In this document: positions 23,745-36,844 of the stretch, one piece after another
Layout of the letters: each line of letters starts with the position of its first letter
Position numbering within the stretch: the first letter of the stretch is position 1
NCBI RefSeq assembly: GCF_963921235.1
Contig: NC_086097.1
Span: 115,694,001 to 115,758,000 of the forward strand
Length of the DNA stretch: 64,000 nt
From: Mobula hypostoma
Taxonomy: Eukaryota
Reading direction: 5' to 3'
Notes under the pieces: generated by a model
Told to the model about the DNA's origin: nothing
Databases searched by the model: none
The model's input: the letters and a program-made list of their open reading frames with translations, nothing else
Position numbers and translations under genes: made by a program

Positions 23745-26700
23745 CACATCTGCGCCAGGTGCGCCGAGATGCAGCTCCAAAGGGACTGCGTTAGGGAACT
23801 GGAGCTGCAGCTCGATGACCTTCGTCTGGTCAGGAAGAGTGAGGAGTTGATAGAGAGGAGTTACAGGCAGGTGGTCACACCGGGTCACGGGAGGCAGACA
23901 AGTGGGTCACGGTTAGGAGGGGGAAGGGGAAAAGTCAGGTAATAGAGAGTACCCCAGTGGCTGTACCCCTTGACAATAAGTACTCCTGTTTGAGTACTGT
24001 TGGGAGGGACAGTTTACCTGGGGGAAGCAACAGTGGCCGTGCCTCTGGCACAGAGTCCGGCCCTGTAGCTCAGAAGGGTAGGGAAAGGAAGAGGAGGGCA
24101 GTTGTGATAGGGGACTCGATAGTAAGGGGGTCAGATAGGCGATTCTGTGGACGCAGTCCAGAGACCCGGATGGTAGTTTGCCTTCCTGGTGCCAGGGTCC
24201 AGGATATTTCTGATCATGTCCGGGATGTCCTGAAGTGGGAGGGTGAGGAGCCAGAGGTCGTGGTACATTTAGGTACCAATGAAATAAGTAGAAAAAGGGA
24301 AGAGGTCCTGAAAGGAGAATATAGGGAGTTAGGAAGGGAGTTGAGAAAAAGGACTGCAAAGGTAGTAATCTCAGGATTACTGCCTGTGCCACGCGACAGT
24401 GAGAGTAGGAATGCAATGAGGTGGAGGATAAATGCGTGGCTGAGGGATTGGAGCAGGGGGCAGGGATTCAAGTTTTTGGATCATTGGGACCTCTTTTAGC
24501 GCAGGTGTGACCTGTACAAAAAGGACGGGTTACACTTGAATCCTAGGGGGACCAATATCCTGGCAGGGAGATTAGCGGGGGCTACTGAGGTGACTTTAAA
24601 CTAGAATGGTTGGGGAGTGGGAATCAAATTAAAGAAACTAGGAGAGAGGAGGTTAGTTCACAACAGGGGGATGGGAATCAGTGCAGAGAGACAGAGGGGT
24701 GTAAAATGAGGGTAGAAGCAAAAAGTAGTAAGGTGAAAAGTAAGCGTGGCAGGCCGACAAATCCAGGGCAAAAATCAAAAAGGGCCACTTTTCAACATAA
24801 TTGTATAAGGGCTAAGAATGTTGTAAAAGCGAGCCTGAAGGTTTTGTGTGCCAATGCAAGGAGAGAAAACTGGCAGGGAACATAAAAACTGACTGTAAAA
24901 GCTTTTATAGATATGCAAAAAGAAAAAGATTGGTTAAGACAAATGTATGTCCCCTACAGACAGAAATAGGTGAACTGATTATGGGGAGCAAGGACATGGC
25001 AGACCAATTGAATAACTACTTTTGTTCTGTCTTCACTAAGGAGGACATAAATAATCTTCCAGAAATAGTAGGGGACAGAGGGTCCAGTGAGATGGAGGAA
25101 CTGAGGGAAATACATGTTAGTAGGGAAGTGGTGTTAGGTAAATTGAAGGGATTAAAGGCAGATAAATCCCCAAGGCCAGATGGTCTGCATCCCAGATTGG
25201 TTAAGGAAGTATCCCAAAAATTAATGGATGCATTAGTGATAATTTTTCAAAACTCTTTAGATTCTGGACTAGTTCCTGAGGATTGGAGGGTGGCTAATGT
25301 AACGCCACTTTTTGAAAAAGGAGGGAGAGAGAAACCGGGAAATTATAGACCAGTTAGCCTAACATCAGTGGTGGGGAAAATGCTAGAGTCAGTTATCAAA
25401 GATGTGATAACAGCACATTTGGAAAGCGGTGAAATGATCGGACAAAGTCAGCATGGATTTGTGAAAGGAAAATCATGTCTGACAAATCTCATAGAATTTT
25501 TTGAGGATGTAACTAGTAGAGTGGATAGGGGAGAACCAGTGGATGTGGTATATTTGAATTTTCAAAAGGCTTTTGACAAGGTCCCACACAGGAGATTAGT
25601 GTGCAAACTTAAAGCACACGGTATTGGGGGTAAGGTATTGATGTAGATGGAGAATTGGTTGGCAGACAGGAAGCAAAGAGTGGGAATAAACGGGGCCTTT
25701 CCAGAATGGCAGGCAGTGACTAGTGGGGTACTGCAAGGCTCAGTGCTGGGACCCCAGTTGTTTACAATATATATTAATGACTTAGATGAGGGAATTAAAT
25801 GCAGCATTTCCAAGTTTGCGGATGACACGAAGCTGGGTGGCAGTGTTAGCAGTGAGGAGGATGCTAAGAGGTTGCAGGGTGACTTGGATAGGTTATATGA
25901 GTGGGCAAATTCATAGCAGATGCAATTTAATGTGGATAAATGTGAAGTTAACCACTTTGGTGGCAAAAACAGGAAAACAGATTACTATCTGAATGGTGGC
26001 CGATTAGGAAAAGGGGAGGTGCAACGAGATCTGAGTGTCATTATTCACCAGTCATTGAAAATGGGCATGCAGGTACAGCAGGCGGTGAAAAAGGCAAATG
26101 GTATGCTGGTATTCATAGCAAGAGGATTTGAGTACAGGAGCAGGAAGGTACTACTGCAGTTGTACAAGGCCTTGGTGAGACCACATCTAGAGTATTGTGT
26201 GCAGTTTTGGTCCCCTAATCTGAGGAAAGACATCCTTGCCATAGAGGGAGTACAAAGAAGGTTCACCAGATTGATTCCTGGGATGGTAGGACTTTCATAA
26301 GATGAAAGATTGGATCGACTAGGCTTATGCTCGTTGGAATTTAGAAGATTGAGGGGGGATCTTATTGAAACATATAAAATCCTAAAGCGATTGGACAAGC
26401 TAGATGCAGGAAGATTGTTCCTGATGTTGGAGAAGTCCAGAATGTGGGGTCACAGTTTGAGGATAAAGGGGAAGCCTTTTAGGACCGAGATGAGGAAAAA
26501 CTTCTTCACACAGAGAGTGGTGAATCTGTGGAATTCTCTGCCACAGGAAACAGTTGAGGCCAGTTCATTGGCTATATTTAAGAGGGAGTTAGATATAGCC
26601 CTTGTGGCTAAAGGGATCGGGGGTATGGAGGGAAGGCTGGTACAGGGTTCTGAGTTGGATGATCAGCCATGATCCTACTGAATGGCGGTGCAGGCTCGAA

Positions 26701-26751
26701 GGGCCGAATGGCCTACTCCTGCACCTATTTTCTATGTTTCTATGTTTCTAT
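23745..26751 (+). mobile_element. CR1 LINE: ORF1 (SGNH esterase) plus ORF2 RT, with APE endonuclease deleted
   Basis: ORF1 HICARC...VIGDSIVRG...CLPGARV...VHLGTN...DGLHLN; ORF2 NYRPVSLTS, QHGF, QGSVLGP, KFADD; stops at 24499, 25646, 25916 and 26300; (TTCTATGT)n tail. Confidence 0.95.
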
Positions 26752-27234
26752 AACTCTAGAGTACACCCCGAGCTGGCACAAGATTCTGGACTGAAGGGCA
26801 TTTACTGTGCTGTAATGTTCTATATTCTATAAAACTGGAATGGTGGGACAGAGTCACTCTGGATATTCAACTGATCATAATTCTGCCTTGTGCACTCAGC
26901 ATAGTTCTGGTTAGTTGCACACAAGATGACATTGTGGCCAGAGACCTCTTCATCACCATGACCGCTCTCAGAACTGTGAGCTGATAATTCTGTTCTGGCA
27001 GTACCTGTGAGCTCAAGACTTCTTGGTGCTTCGAAACCCAGATTTGCAAAGACAGTACAATTTATTCGGCACCAACCTCACGAAGATTACAAAGAATCTG
27101 GCAGGATCAATTAGAAAGTGAATGTGAAAATTATAACTTCAAAAAAAAGATTACGAATGTACAGATACTATGAAAGCCCTCTTGAATTTCCAAAATGTAA
27201 GCTGTTCTTAGATCTTTTCATTGCCTAAAGTTGC

Positions 27235-27530
27235 AAAGAAAAATTAAATAATACTGAGTGCACTGAGTAGCAAAGTCCTTGAAAGTGAGACTACTGGCTG
27301 TAGAGCCATTTCAGTGTTAAAGTGAGTGCAGTTCTCCATGGTGGTTCAGGAGCCTGATGGTTGCAGGGTAATAACTGTTCCTGAACATGCTGGTGTGGGA
27401 CCTGAGACTCCTGCTCTCCTGCTTGATGGTAATAGCAGAAGGAGCGTGTGGCCTGGATAGTGGGGGGTCTTGATGATTGTTGCTGCTTTCTTGTGGCAGC
27501 GCTCCTTGTAGCTGTGCTCAATGCTGGGGA
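27235..27530 (-). mobile_element. Rex1/Babar 3' fragment
   Basis: ttcaggagcctgatggttgcagggtaataactgttcctgaac motif, shared with other Rex1 3' ends. Confidence 0.55.
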
Positions 27531-28039
27531 CTGATCACAGTAAACGAGTGACAATCCATTCTGTTGTTAGTCCAGTGTGGTTGAAACCACCCATGTTGTC
27601 ATGCATCAGCACAGGAATGTGACGTTACATATTCTAGGCTCTGGTGACCTGTACACATGACCTTACAGCTGCCAAAGTGCAAACTTTGCCATGGGGAGCT
27701 CTGTGCTGAGCATCAATTCACTATGATCATCTAAATGGTCATCTGAAGTTTATATAATCTTCCGAAGTGTCAAAAAACTGGCAGCTACAATGCTTACCAT
27801 GAAATTACAAGAAAAAACAGAGTTCAAAGTACATTTATTATCAATGTATGTATGCAGCATTCAATCCTGAAATTCACCTTCTCTGCAGATAGCCAAGAAA
27901 CAAAGAAAGCAATGAAACCCATTCAAAGAAAAATACCCCCCCCATAAAAAAGAAATTTGCGAATGGCAACAAGAAAGAATGAGCAAAAGCACAGAATATA
28001 AAAATGGATGTTAGCTGACAAAATTTTCTCTGAATCATT

Positions 28040-28505
28040 TTATAGTTACTTAATCTATCAGTAACATTTGAACAATATTGTAAATACTGTATATTGTTTG
28101 AGTAAGCATTCTTTGTTGTATAGATAATACAAAAAATATCAGTAAAGATATATGAATGACAAATGGCATCGCGCCAGCATGTCACATGCACGCACCTCGC
28201 TTAAAGTTTTTGCTTTCAATTAGTTTTATGTCTTGGAGATAAAAAACATAACAGTGGCAATGAGTAAGTTTTAAATAAACCCAAGATGACTACCTACCTG
28301 CTGAAGCACAGCGAGGCGTTCAAGTTTTGGAACTAAAGCCGCATAGCGATTCTTCGGGAAGGGGCAGAAATGGTCAAGATAATCAAAGGGCAGCAAACGG
28401 AATAAATTTATGGGTGCATAAACAGTGAGTACTGGATGATAATGATCATAAATAAAAAAGCAGAAATTGTTGGCTATATGGGAAAGGTAGATGTGTAATT
28501 GGATT
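28040..28505 (+). mobile_element. Gypsy-type LTR element 5' remnant (LTR end, PBS-like site, gag start)
   Basis: ...aaacataaca followed by tggcaatgag (~28255, resembles a TGGCGACGAG-type PBS) and a degenerate GYMGKVD gag-like start near 28470-28492. Confidence 0.45.
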
Positions 28506-29200
28506 GTAAGTTCGTTGATGTCACGACAGTGGTGAGACTCATCACCAACAACGAAGAGACTGCTTACAGAGAGGAGGTGGATGAGCTCAAGGACTACTGC
28601 CAGGCAAATAACCTCTTCCTCAACATCAACAAGAAAAAGGAGATGATTACCGACTTCAGGAGAACTTGCTCCACTCTCACCCCTCTTCACGTAAGTGGCA
28701 CAGCAGTGGAAACTGAGAACAGATTCACACTCGTGGGCGTGCACATCTCGTACAACCTCACCAAGTCCCAGAACACATCCTCCACAGTCAAGAAAGCTTA
28801 CCGATGCCTCTACTTTCCAAAGGCGGCTCGGCTGAAGAGTGCAGGTGTATGCATTCCAATACTCACAACCTGCTTCATATGTATAGTGGAGAGCTTCCCA
28901 ACACGTTGCATCACTACATGGTACAGAAACTGCACTGTGGTGGTTAGGAGGGCTCTACAGCAGAGAGATGAAACTGCCCAACACATCACTGGCACCAGTC
29001 TACCCATCATCAAAGCACATACAGAGAGAAAGTTGCTGGAAGAAGGCCAGCAATATCATGAAGGATCCCACTTTCATCAGGGAAGAGGCTACACAGCATC
29101 CACACCAGGACCATTAGACTCAAAAACAGTGACTTTTCCCTAGTCGTTAGGGTGATCAGGACCTCCACCCACTAACCCAGCCCACCATCCCCCTCCACCA
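28505..29200 (+). mobile_element. Rex1/Babar LINE RT fragment
   Basis: ORF 28499..29143 KFVDVTTVV...ETAYREEV...NNLFLN..K.KEMITDFRR...KKAYRCLYF. Confidence 0.85.
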
Positions 29201-29239
29201 CAATATTCAAATCATCCAGTCTGTCTGAGACCTCCATCC

Positions 29240-29735
29240 GTCAGAGTTAACCATGGATATTGTGTTCTGGCTGTCTAGATATGCAAGCCTGGGCAGTACA
29301 ATATGAAGAGCAAGCTATTACCCCCTCCCCACGCATCTGATGAACCCAAAGGAAACACAGTCAGCATTGAACTCAATGTAGGACTGCCTTAGGGATTCCA
29401 GCCCCTGTTTTTCCCTTTGGGGTTTTCTCCCGAAGCATTTCCCATCAGTGTGTATAGCCACAAGGCAGCGGAGGTTTGAGATCAGAGTTTTCCTTCTTCT
29501 AGATGAACTGCCAATCATGGCTGACGAGACCCATCTGCCCAAAGCGACTGGTTTTAAAGCACCAGCAGCCTGTCTTTGCCCCTTTCGCTGTCTCTTGAAG
29601 TGCTTCTGATGGGCTTAGTAGCTAAGCCACTCATGAAGGCCAGTAGCTGGACTTGGTTGTCAGAGGCTATTTGAGACGCATTTAATAGGTAGTGGGAGCT
29701 TGTCCCCATTACCATCCCTGGCTATAACAACCTTA
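29240..29735 (-). mobile_element. RTE-related non-autonomous repeat inserted in the Rex1 3' UTR
   Basis: Interrupts the Rex1 tail, which resumes near 29745; agagttttccttcttctagatg motif resembles RTE 5' regions. Confidence 0.4.
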
Positions 29736-30224
29736 ATAAACTCAATCATCTAGTGTCACTTTATGTACATACAGTAATGTATATAACAATTTCTTGAACA
29801 AACGTTTGTACCTTATGTTTCAGAGGAATGTTTTTATATTTACATGTGTTTTTTTGTTTTTTTATTGTATTCAGAGTTGTATTTATTATCGAAGTATGTA
29901 TACAGTATACAACCTTTAGATTTGTCTTCTTGCAGGCAGCCACAAAACAAAGAAACACAATAGAAATGGTTTAAAGAACCGTCAAACTTGTGAGAAAAGA
30001 ACAAATCGTACAAACAACAAAAAGTGAACAAATAACACATAGGACATTAAAAATCAAACCACAGAATCCTCAAAAGTGAGTCGACAGCCATGAGCCACTG
30101 AGGTGATTGAATCTAACAATGTGGAACCCAAGCTCCTACACCTTCTGCTGGCAGCAGCGAACGGGAGACCAGTCAAATGCAGGTAGATGGCACTGAACGC
30201 CATTCATTTTCCACTCTCGTCCTC

Positions 30225-30490
30225 TTTCACCAATCAACTTCCCAGTTCTTTACTTCATCCCATTCCCCTCTCCCAATTTCTCCTATCATCTAACACCTTA
30301 TACTTCTTTCTCCTGTTCCCCCACCTTCTTCTTTGACTTCTTCTCTTTCTTCTCAGTCCTGGTGAAGGGTCCAGGTCCAAAATGTTGACTGTTGACTTTT
30401 TTCCATAGATGCTGCCTGGCCTGCTGAGTTCCTCCAGCATTTTGTATGCATAGCTTTTGATTTCTGACATCTGTAGATTTTCTCTCTGTT
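30225..30490 (+). mobile_element. PLE 3' fragment with degenerate hammerhead (30354-30391)
   Basis: cagtcctggtgaagggtccaggtccaaaatgttgactg...gatgctgcctggcctgctgagttcctccagc. Confidence 0.7.
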
Positions 30491-31494
30491 TTATGATTTC
30501 CTCTCTAAGTTTCATCTCATAGATCAGCATTCTAATATTTTCAGTTTTGAAGTTTTCCAAAATATTTATTTTCTCTATTCAAAATCAAACAAATTTTCTA
30601 ATCATCTCCTATTTTAAATCCATTTTTTGGATTGCTTGTACAAATTGTTTATTTCTACTCTAGATTCCTTAAGCCCTACAGGTTTAGTTGAGCAAAAAAA
30701 GCAGATTATGCAATTTATCAAGTAAATCCTCTCCTACAGGAAGTTGTCCTGTTGGAGGGGAAATTAGAAATAATTTCATTTTATGTCAGCCAGTAAGAAT
30801 AGATCAGAAGAAAAGCGGCTCGGCTCTAAGCTTAAAGCTCAACAACAGCTCATAATGGATAGATTGATTACCAGAAATTAATTTGTATTTTTGAAAACAA
30901 AACTGCCTTGAAGCAAAAGTTAGAATGATCAACAAAGCTCATGGGGCACATAAGGATCTTTTCCTACCTGACAGCTGCCAAGTCTTATTCTGTAATCATT
31001 CTAATTCTCCACAGCAGCTTGTGCAGGGAAAAGCTGTATATATCAGGGGAAGATCCTTGACAGGATGTTACCTTCAGCTTTGTGTTCACGTTCTCCACCA
31101 TGGAAAGAAAGAAAAGTACACCAAAACCATTTTGGCTCTTCCAGAGATGTTGTGTTAACATTCGCAGCCAAGGACTGGGTGTGGACCCTTTCTTCCTGAA
31201 TCAAGTTGTGGTCATATTGTGCATCTTGCCTTTCTGTGGATGAAACCACAAATTGACAAAACAGCAAGATAAAATGTATATATTTTCATGTAAAAACCAC
31301 AGAAACATGGAGCAATGTAGCAGAGAAGAGGGCTTTTCAATCCACCATGTCCCTACCAATCATGCATAGCATTCAATACACTGAAAATTGAAGTGCATTT
31401 CTGATTCTTCTGAAATTATGTTATGGTCTCTGCTTTCACCAGGGCAGTTCAGCAAGGGTTCTGCACTCATTGACCATTTTATTAAATACAGATA

Positions 31495-31765
31495 CAACTG
31501 TACACCTGCTTGTTAGGGCAATTATCTAATCAGCCAATCATATGACAGCAAATCAAAGCATAAAAGCATGCATACGTGGTCAAGAGGTTCAGTTGTTGCT
31601 CAGATCAAACACCATAATAGGAAGAATGTAATCTAAGTGATTTTGACTAGGAAATGATTGTGGTGCCAGACAAGGTTTCTTGAGTATCTCAGAAGCTGCT
31701 GATAGTCCAGGATTTTCATGCACAACAGTCTCTATACTTTATAGAGAATGATGCAAAAAAAAACC
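31495..31765 (+). mobile_element. Tc1-type transposon fragment
   Basis: Matches the left half of the copies at 43253, 53972 and 60140. Confidence 0.75.
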
Positions 31766-31777
31766 CAAAAAAGACAC

Positions 31778-34700
31778 TGACTACCAATAAATAGGTTTAC
31801 TATTTAACAGGACAAGGTAAACACTAAACATTCAGTTACAAATACTTTTCTGAAGTGTGCGCTCAGAGTGCCAGGACAAAACAGTCACTAAACCTACACA
31901 GTGGTAAATACTCACCTGAAGTGTGCACCCGGGCCCTCTTTACAGCAGCACACCTCAAATGTTAACTGTTCCACAACACTGGTCGCAACCTGGTCCATTC
32001 CTGTGGTGACCCAGAGAATGAAAATAGAGTGCGTCATTTCTGCGTGCTAGATTTAAACTCTATTGGCATCGTGGTGTCATCAGTTAAGCACCAGCTAGTG
32101 GAAGGGGCTGCAGTACTCCTTAAAAGGCCCATCCGTAGCTAGAACAGAGGGGTGGCTTTCAACAAACAGGTAAAGTTGACACTTACTGCAACATTTCATG
32201 CCTTGAAAGATGCAACACCGTGACACCCAGTTCACAGGATAGTATAATCCCCATGGGCACCCTAGTATACTGCATACAAAACATTGCACTGCGATACCCA
32301 GAATGTTCAAAGTTGCTAACACGTACACCACCAACCTCCCATAGTCCCATTGTCATAACACGTGGCTGATGCATACGTGAACATCTTACTGCTTAGACGT
32401 TTGCAGTTTATCTTAAAAACTGAAGACTGGTTTGTGCTTGACTGAGAATAAGCAGAGATGGCAACAAAACATTCCAGAAATTTGATCGCATCCTCTTCAC
32501 CCCTTCAACCTCTGACAGCGAAAATTATCAGTAGTGGCTGTCAGTAGTTACTCTGTGGGCAGGGTCACAACAAGGTAACTTTGTCTCACGTTCTCAGCCA
32601 ATAGTTCATATTCCATACCATACCAGAAGATGATCAGAATCATCTTGACAATCAGTCCTTCGATCGATCTACAGGAGGGTTTGGACCAACCACTGAAAGA
32701 GGGCTCATTGGCGTTCACTTCCCGTTCAGACTGGGTTTGCTGCCTTGAGTTGCTGTGCGCAATTTTTCCTCTTTCTCCGTCTGCCTTGCCTTGGAGGCCA
32801 TGGAATGAATGAGGGGTGGAACCTGATGACTCTGCCATAACTCAAATCCTTCCCTTCTATTTTCTTAATATCTTTCTATTTTGATCTATATGACTAATCA
32901 TCCGCCTTCATGAACCAGCCCTCATTACAATGTACCATTACCATTATACTTACCATGTCATTCATGGCTTGCTGTCACATTCGCTCTGTGTCTTTTCCAT
33001 TGGTATTTCTGTTCCTCTTCATTCGCAGGTCTTCTTCGGTCGGGAGGCTGATGGTCATTATTTAAGTTTCCTGTAATAAGATTGTTTGTGAGCTGACTCA
33101 CTCGCTCTGCCTTCTCCCTCTGGTTGTCCGTGGTCAGCAATGGTGAACTCTCATTTGCATTTTACCTGACACATGCTGGACTACAATGTTTCAGATCACT
33201 CCCCAAGAGTTTCAATCTCTCTCCAACAACATAAATTTCAAATTTCCAGTGATTATTCACAAATCACCAATTTCCCCAAATGCCAATTTCTTTCTGAATT
33301 TGCATTCCACATGGACAGTGTGGAATCTGGTTCTTTTTCCAAGACCCATTCCAAAGCAAAGAAGTAATTAGACACAAACTTAAAACTCAGACAAGACAAA
33401 ACAAAAATCTAAGCTTGCACTTTTCTTCCTTTTGAAGCTTCACAAACTGACCTGAAAATCTTGGAACAAATATTTAATGCACAGTGAACACCTAAATTGC
33501 ACAGTAAAGAACAAAGAAAGAGAAAAAATAGATGGGGCCCCCACCAATGCACATTCATACTATTTCTTTGAGACTTCTTAAGATAAGGCTTAATATTGAA
33601 TAATAAGATCTTTCTCTTGGATTGATTCAAACACCCTTTTGATACGCATTTTACAAACGCATAACAAAATATGCTTTCCCTCACCGGCACACACATGCAC
33701 ACTCTCCTTGTCTCTCACTCACTCAAGCAAACTCACATATGGCCTCATCACACTCAACAATTTTCAAATTCAGTCCATTCACACCTTATTATGGGGGAAA
33801 GACATTGCAGGGTGAATGCAGGGGTGAGGTGTAAAGCCCCACTCACTGTCTGACCCCTACTGCTGCTGAAGGTCCACCAGTGCCTTTTCTAGAGCCTCCA
33901 GGGAGAGATATAGGGAACCCTGAGCAGAATGCAAAGAATCCTACAGAAGCCAGAAGGAGCATTCATCGGAGGAGGACTTGAAGAATGACCCTTCTCCCTT
34001 AACAGCCTTTTTGCCTCTCTACCCCTGGCAGTGTTCCCTCCACATGGCAGGCAGTGTGGCATATGGAACCTCATTTTCCTACTCTTTCAGGACCCTGGCT
34101 CTGAGCCATGCCTTGAACTTCTCCTTATGGGCCACACAGTGCCCCCCAGCCCCAGGCTGCTTGTCTAAGTTGCACACCCGTCACGGGGACCTCTGGTTAG
34201 ATATGATGGTACCCTGTGATACGAGCCCTTGGAGAAAGGCTCTGGTCACTTTCTCTACTATACTCCACTCCATCCGGGGCTTCAATTTTCACTGGAAGAG
34301 TGAGGGCTATCTGAACCTTTTCACTGCTATCACTCTGCCCAATAACGATTCATCACTATCATGGAAAGCGGGTGGCACTCTCAGGATGTTGTTAATCACA
34401 TGGTTGAACAACAATCCATCCCTTTTAGATAAGCTCACTTTAGTACCACTTCCCCAACCCCCCACCCCCCATATCCCAGATCCTCAGCAGCCACATGGGC
34501 AGAGACTCCCTGGTTTCTGCCTGTACCTGTCTCCAAACTCTGCCAGATCCTTAGCAGAGGACTCCCTTATGACAGTAGTCTTGGTAAGGTACATTGTGTT
34601 AGCTTCTCCAAGTCTCTCTGGTACAGCCTGATGCTCTTCCTCACCCTGTTACATGAAGGCTGGAGGGGCTATCGTGCAGCAGCCGCCTTGCTGGGTCTGG

Positions 34701-35545
34701 GATGTTCAGTCACCGGTTTGACCTGTACTGGCCTGGGTGCATAGGAGAGAGGGCAGACGCTTTGAAGGGGAACCCTGAGGCTCTCTTCTAACCACTCTTC
34801 TCCATCCTCACTATCTAACCAAATGTTCCCATCCCCCATCCACTTGTTGAGTTTACCACCCTGTAACATCTGGGGTTAGACTTGAACACAGTCTAGTTGA
34901 CATTTAGCCCTGCAGGTAACCTCCAGCTGCTGCACCTTTAGTATCCAACAGGCCATTTCTGTGCTCCTGTCCTCTAACTCGTTAGCCCGAGCCTTAGCCC
35001 AAGCCTCCCCAAGTTTAACACTTCGCTGGTTCTTCCCTTCTACTTTATTTCTCAAACTATCTACGCTACCTCTTTCTCTTTCTGTGAAATTGTCTTGTAC
35101 TGCTGTTTTGCTAAGGCTGCCAGCTGTCTGAAAGCACCAGTCTGGACTCCTTCCTTTTGGAAACCCTACCTTTACAGCACAAGACAGGCAATAAACATAC
35201 AGTAAATCCTTCAAGTTACACTCAGCTACAAATACTTATCTAAAGTGTGCATTCAAATTGGTAGGACAAGACAGACTCTAAACTGACAGTGGCAAATACT
35301 TATCTAACATGTGCACCCAGGCCCTCTTTACTGCAGCACAACTCCATTGATCACTGTTTCCACGGCACAAGTCATGACCTGGTCCATGGCCAGTGGTGAC
35401 CCAGAGAGCGAAAAGCGAGCGCATAGTTTTCCCGGGCGGGATTTAAACTCTGCTAGCATTGTGACATCATCAGCCAAGTGGCAGCTAGTGAGAGGGGCTG
35501 CATTCCCTAGCGAGGATGGGGGAGTGGCTTTCAATGAACAGGTAA
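31778..35545 (-). mobile_element. Ancient endogenous retrovirus remnant: ERV-L/Fv1-like gag between two diverged direct repeats
   Basis: Direct repeats ~31830-32172 and ~35220-35545; minus-strand SAKDLAEFGDRYRQKPG/(frameshift)PMWLLRIWDMG at ~34467-34558. Confidence 0.55.
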
Positions 35546-35559
35546 GATGGAACAGCTAC

Positions 35560-36045
35560 AGCATAGTCTGGTATGGCAGTTGAAATATGCAGGAACATCT
35601 GAATAAGAGTAGTGGGCTTGGCCCAATGCATCTCCAGGAGCTGCTGTCTCAAGAAGGAAGATTCATCATCGAAGTTCCATGCTATCTTCCCGCTGCTGCC
35701 ATCGGGCAGGAGGTACAGACGCTTGAAGTCCCACACCACCAGGTTAAAGAACGGCTACTTCCCTTCAACCAGTCATTTTTTAAATGAACCAGAATTTTTC
35801 ATCACTGGAATTTAGAAATATTATGACTACTTTGATCGTTTTGCACGACAATGGACTTTTTGATGTTTTTATTGTCTTCTTTCTGAAAAAAAACTGTGCA
35901 CCATTTATGTTTTTCTTGCAAATGCCACTTATATGATTCTCTGTACCTTTGATGCTGCTGCACGTAAGACTTACATTAATGTACAGTATACATAGATACA
36001 TGTATGGACAAACACAATAAACTTAGCTTTGACTTTGACTTTGAA
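35560..36045 (+). mobile_element. Rex1/Babar 3' fragment
   Basis: ORF 35612 [29 protein letters not shown]; ctttgactttgactttga tail. Confidence 0.8.
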
Positions 36046-36329
36046 CATTTTATCCAAAGAATAAGTTTGAGGGATTACACCTTGGAGGTGAAATTGTTTT
36101 CTATGTGGGGACTGGACTAGCTAGGGAAACTGAAATTAAAACCGTGACAAAACTTTCTGCTCGTAAGCTCTTATGAAAGAAAATGTGTTTGTTCAAGAAA
36201 ACAAACATGCAAAAAAATTGATGATTTGCTCACAATAAAATCAATTGAAGAAATAGAGTCCAGATAAAAAGCATGCAATGTGATAGAGTTGCAATGTCTG
36301 TCTGACCAAACATAGTGGGAAATAGAAAT

Positions 36330-36842
36330 AAATATAGATTCTGCAGATGCTGGAGATCCAGAGCAACTCACACAGAATGCAGGAGGAACTCAGCAGGTCA
36401 GGCAGCATCTACGGAAATGAATAGATATCTAAGGCTGAGACCTACTTCAGGACTGAAAAGGAAGGGGGAAGATGCCAGAATAAAGAGATGGGGGTAGGGG
36501 AAGGAGGCTAGCTGGAAAGTGATAGGTGAAGCCGGGTGGATGGGAAAGGTAAAGGGCTAGAGAAGAAGGCATCTGATAGGAGAGGAGAGTGAATCATAGG
36601 AGAGAGGGAAGGATGAGGAGACCCAGGGGGAAGTGATAGGCAGGTAAGAAAAGGTAAAAGGCTAGAGTGGGGAATTGGAAGAGGGGAGGAGAGGATTTTT
36701 ATTACCAGAAGGAGATATCAATATTCATGCCATCAGATTGGAGGCTATCCAGATGGAATATGAAGTGTTGCTACTCCACCCTGAAGGTGGCCTCTTCTTG
36801 GCACAAGAGGAGGCCATCGACCAACATGTTGAAGTGGGAATT
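36330..36842 (-). mobile_element. PLE 3' fragment
   Basis: Colinear with 5855-6360; end of GIY-YIG plus 3' UTR with a decayed hammerhead near 36425-36456. Confidence 0.75.
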
Positions 36843-36844
36843 AA

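Noticed and set aside
23957..24499. SGNH/GDSL esterase as a host enzyme
   Set aside because: It is CR1 ORF1, upstream of the RT, with a premature stop.
27005..27097. Exon-like segment on the minus strand with AG/GT borders
   Set aside because: Stops in all three frames; cannot be supported without RNA data.
33978..34631. 217-aa plus-strand ORF as a host gene
   Set aside because: No recognisable domain; it is antisense to the gag-like remnant.
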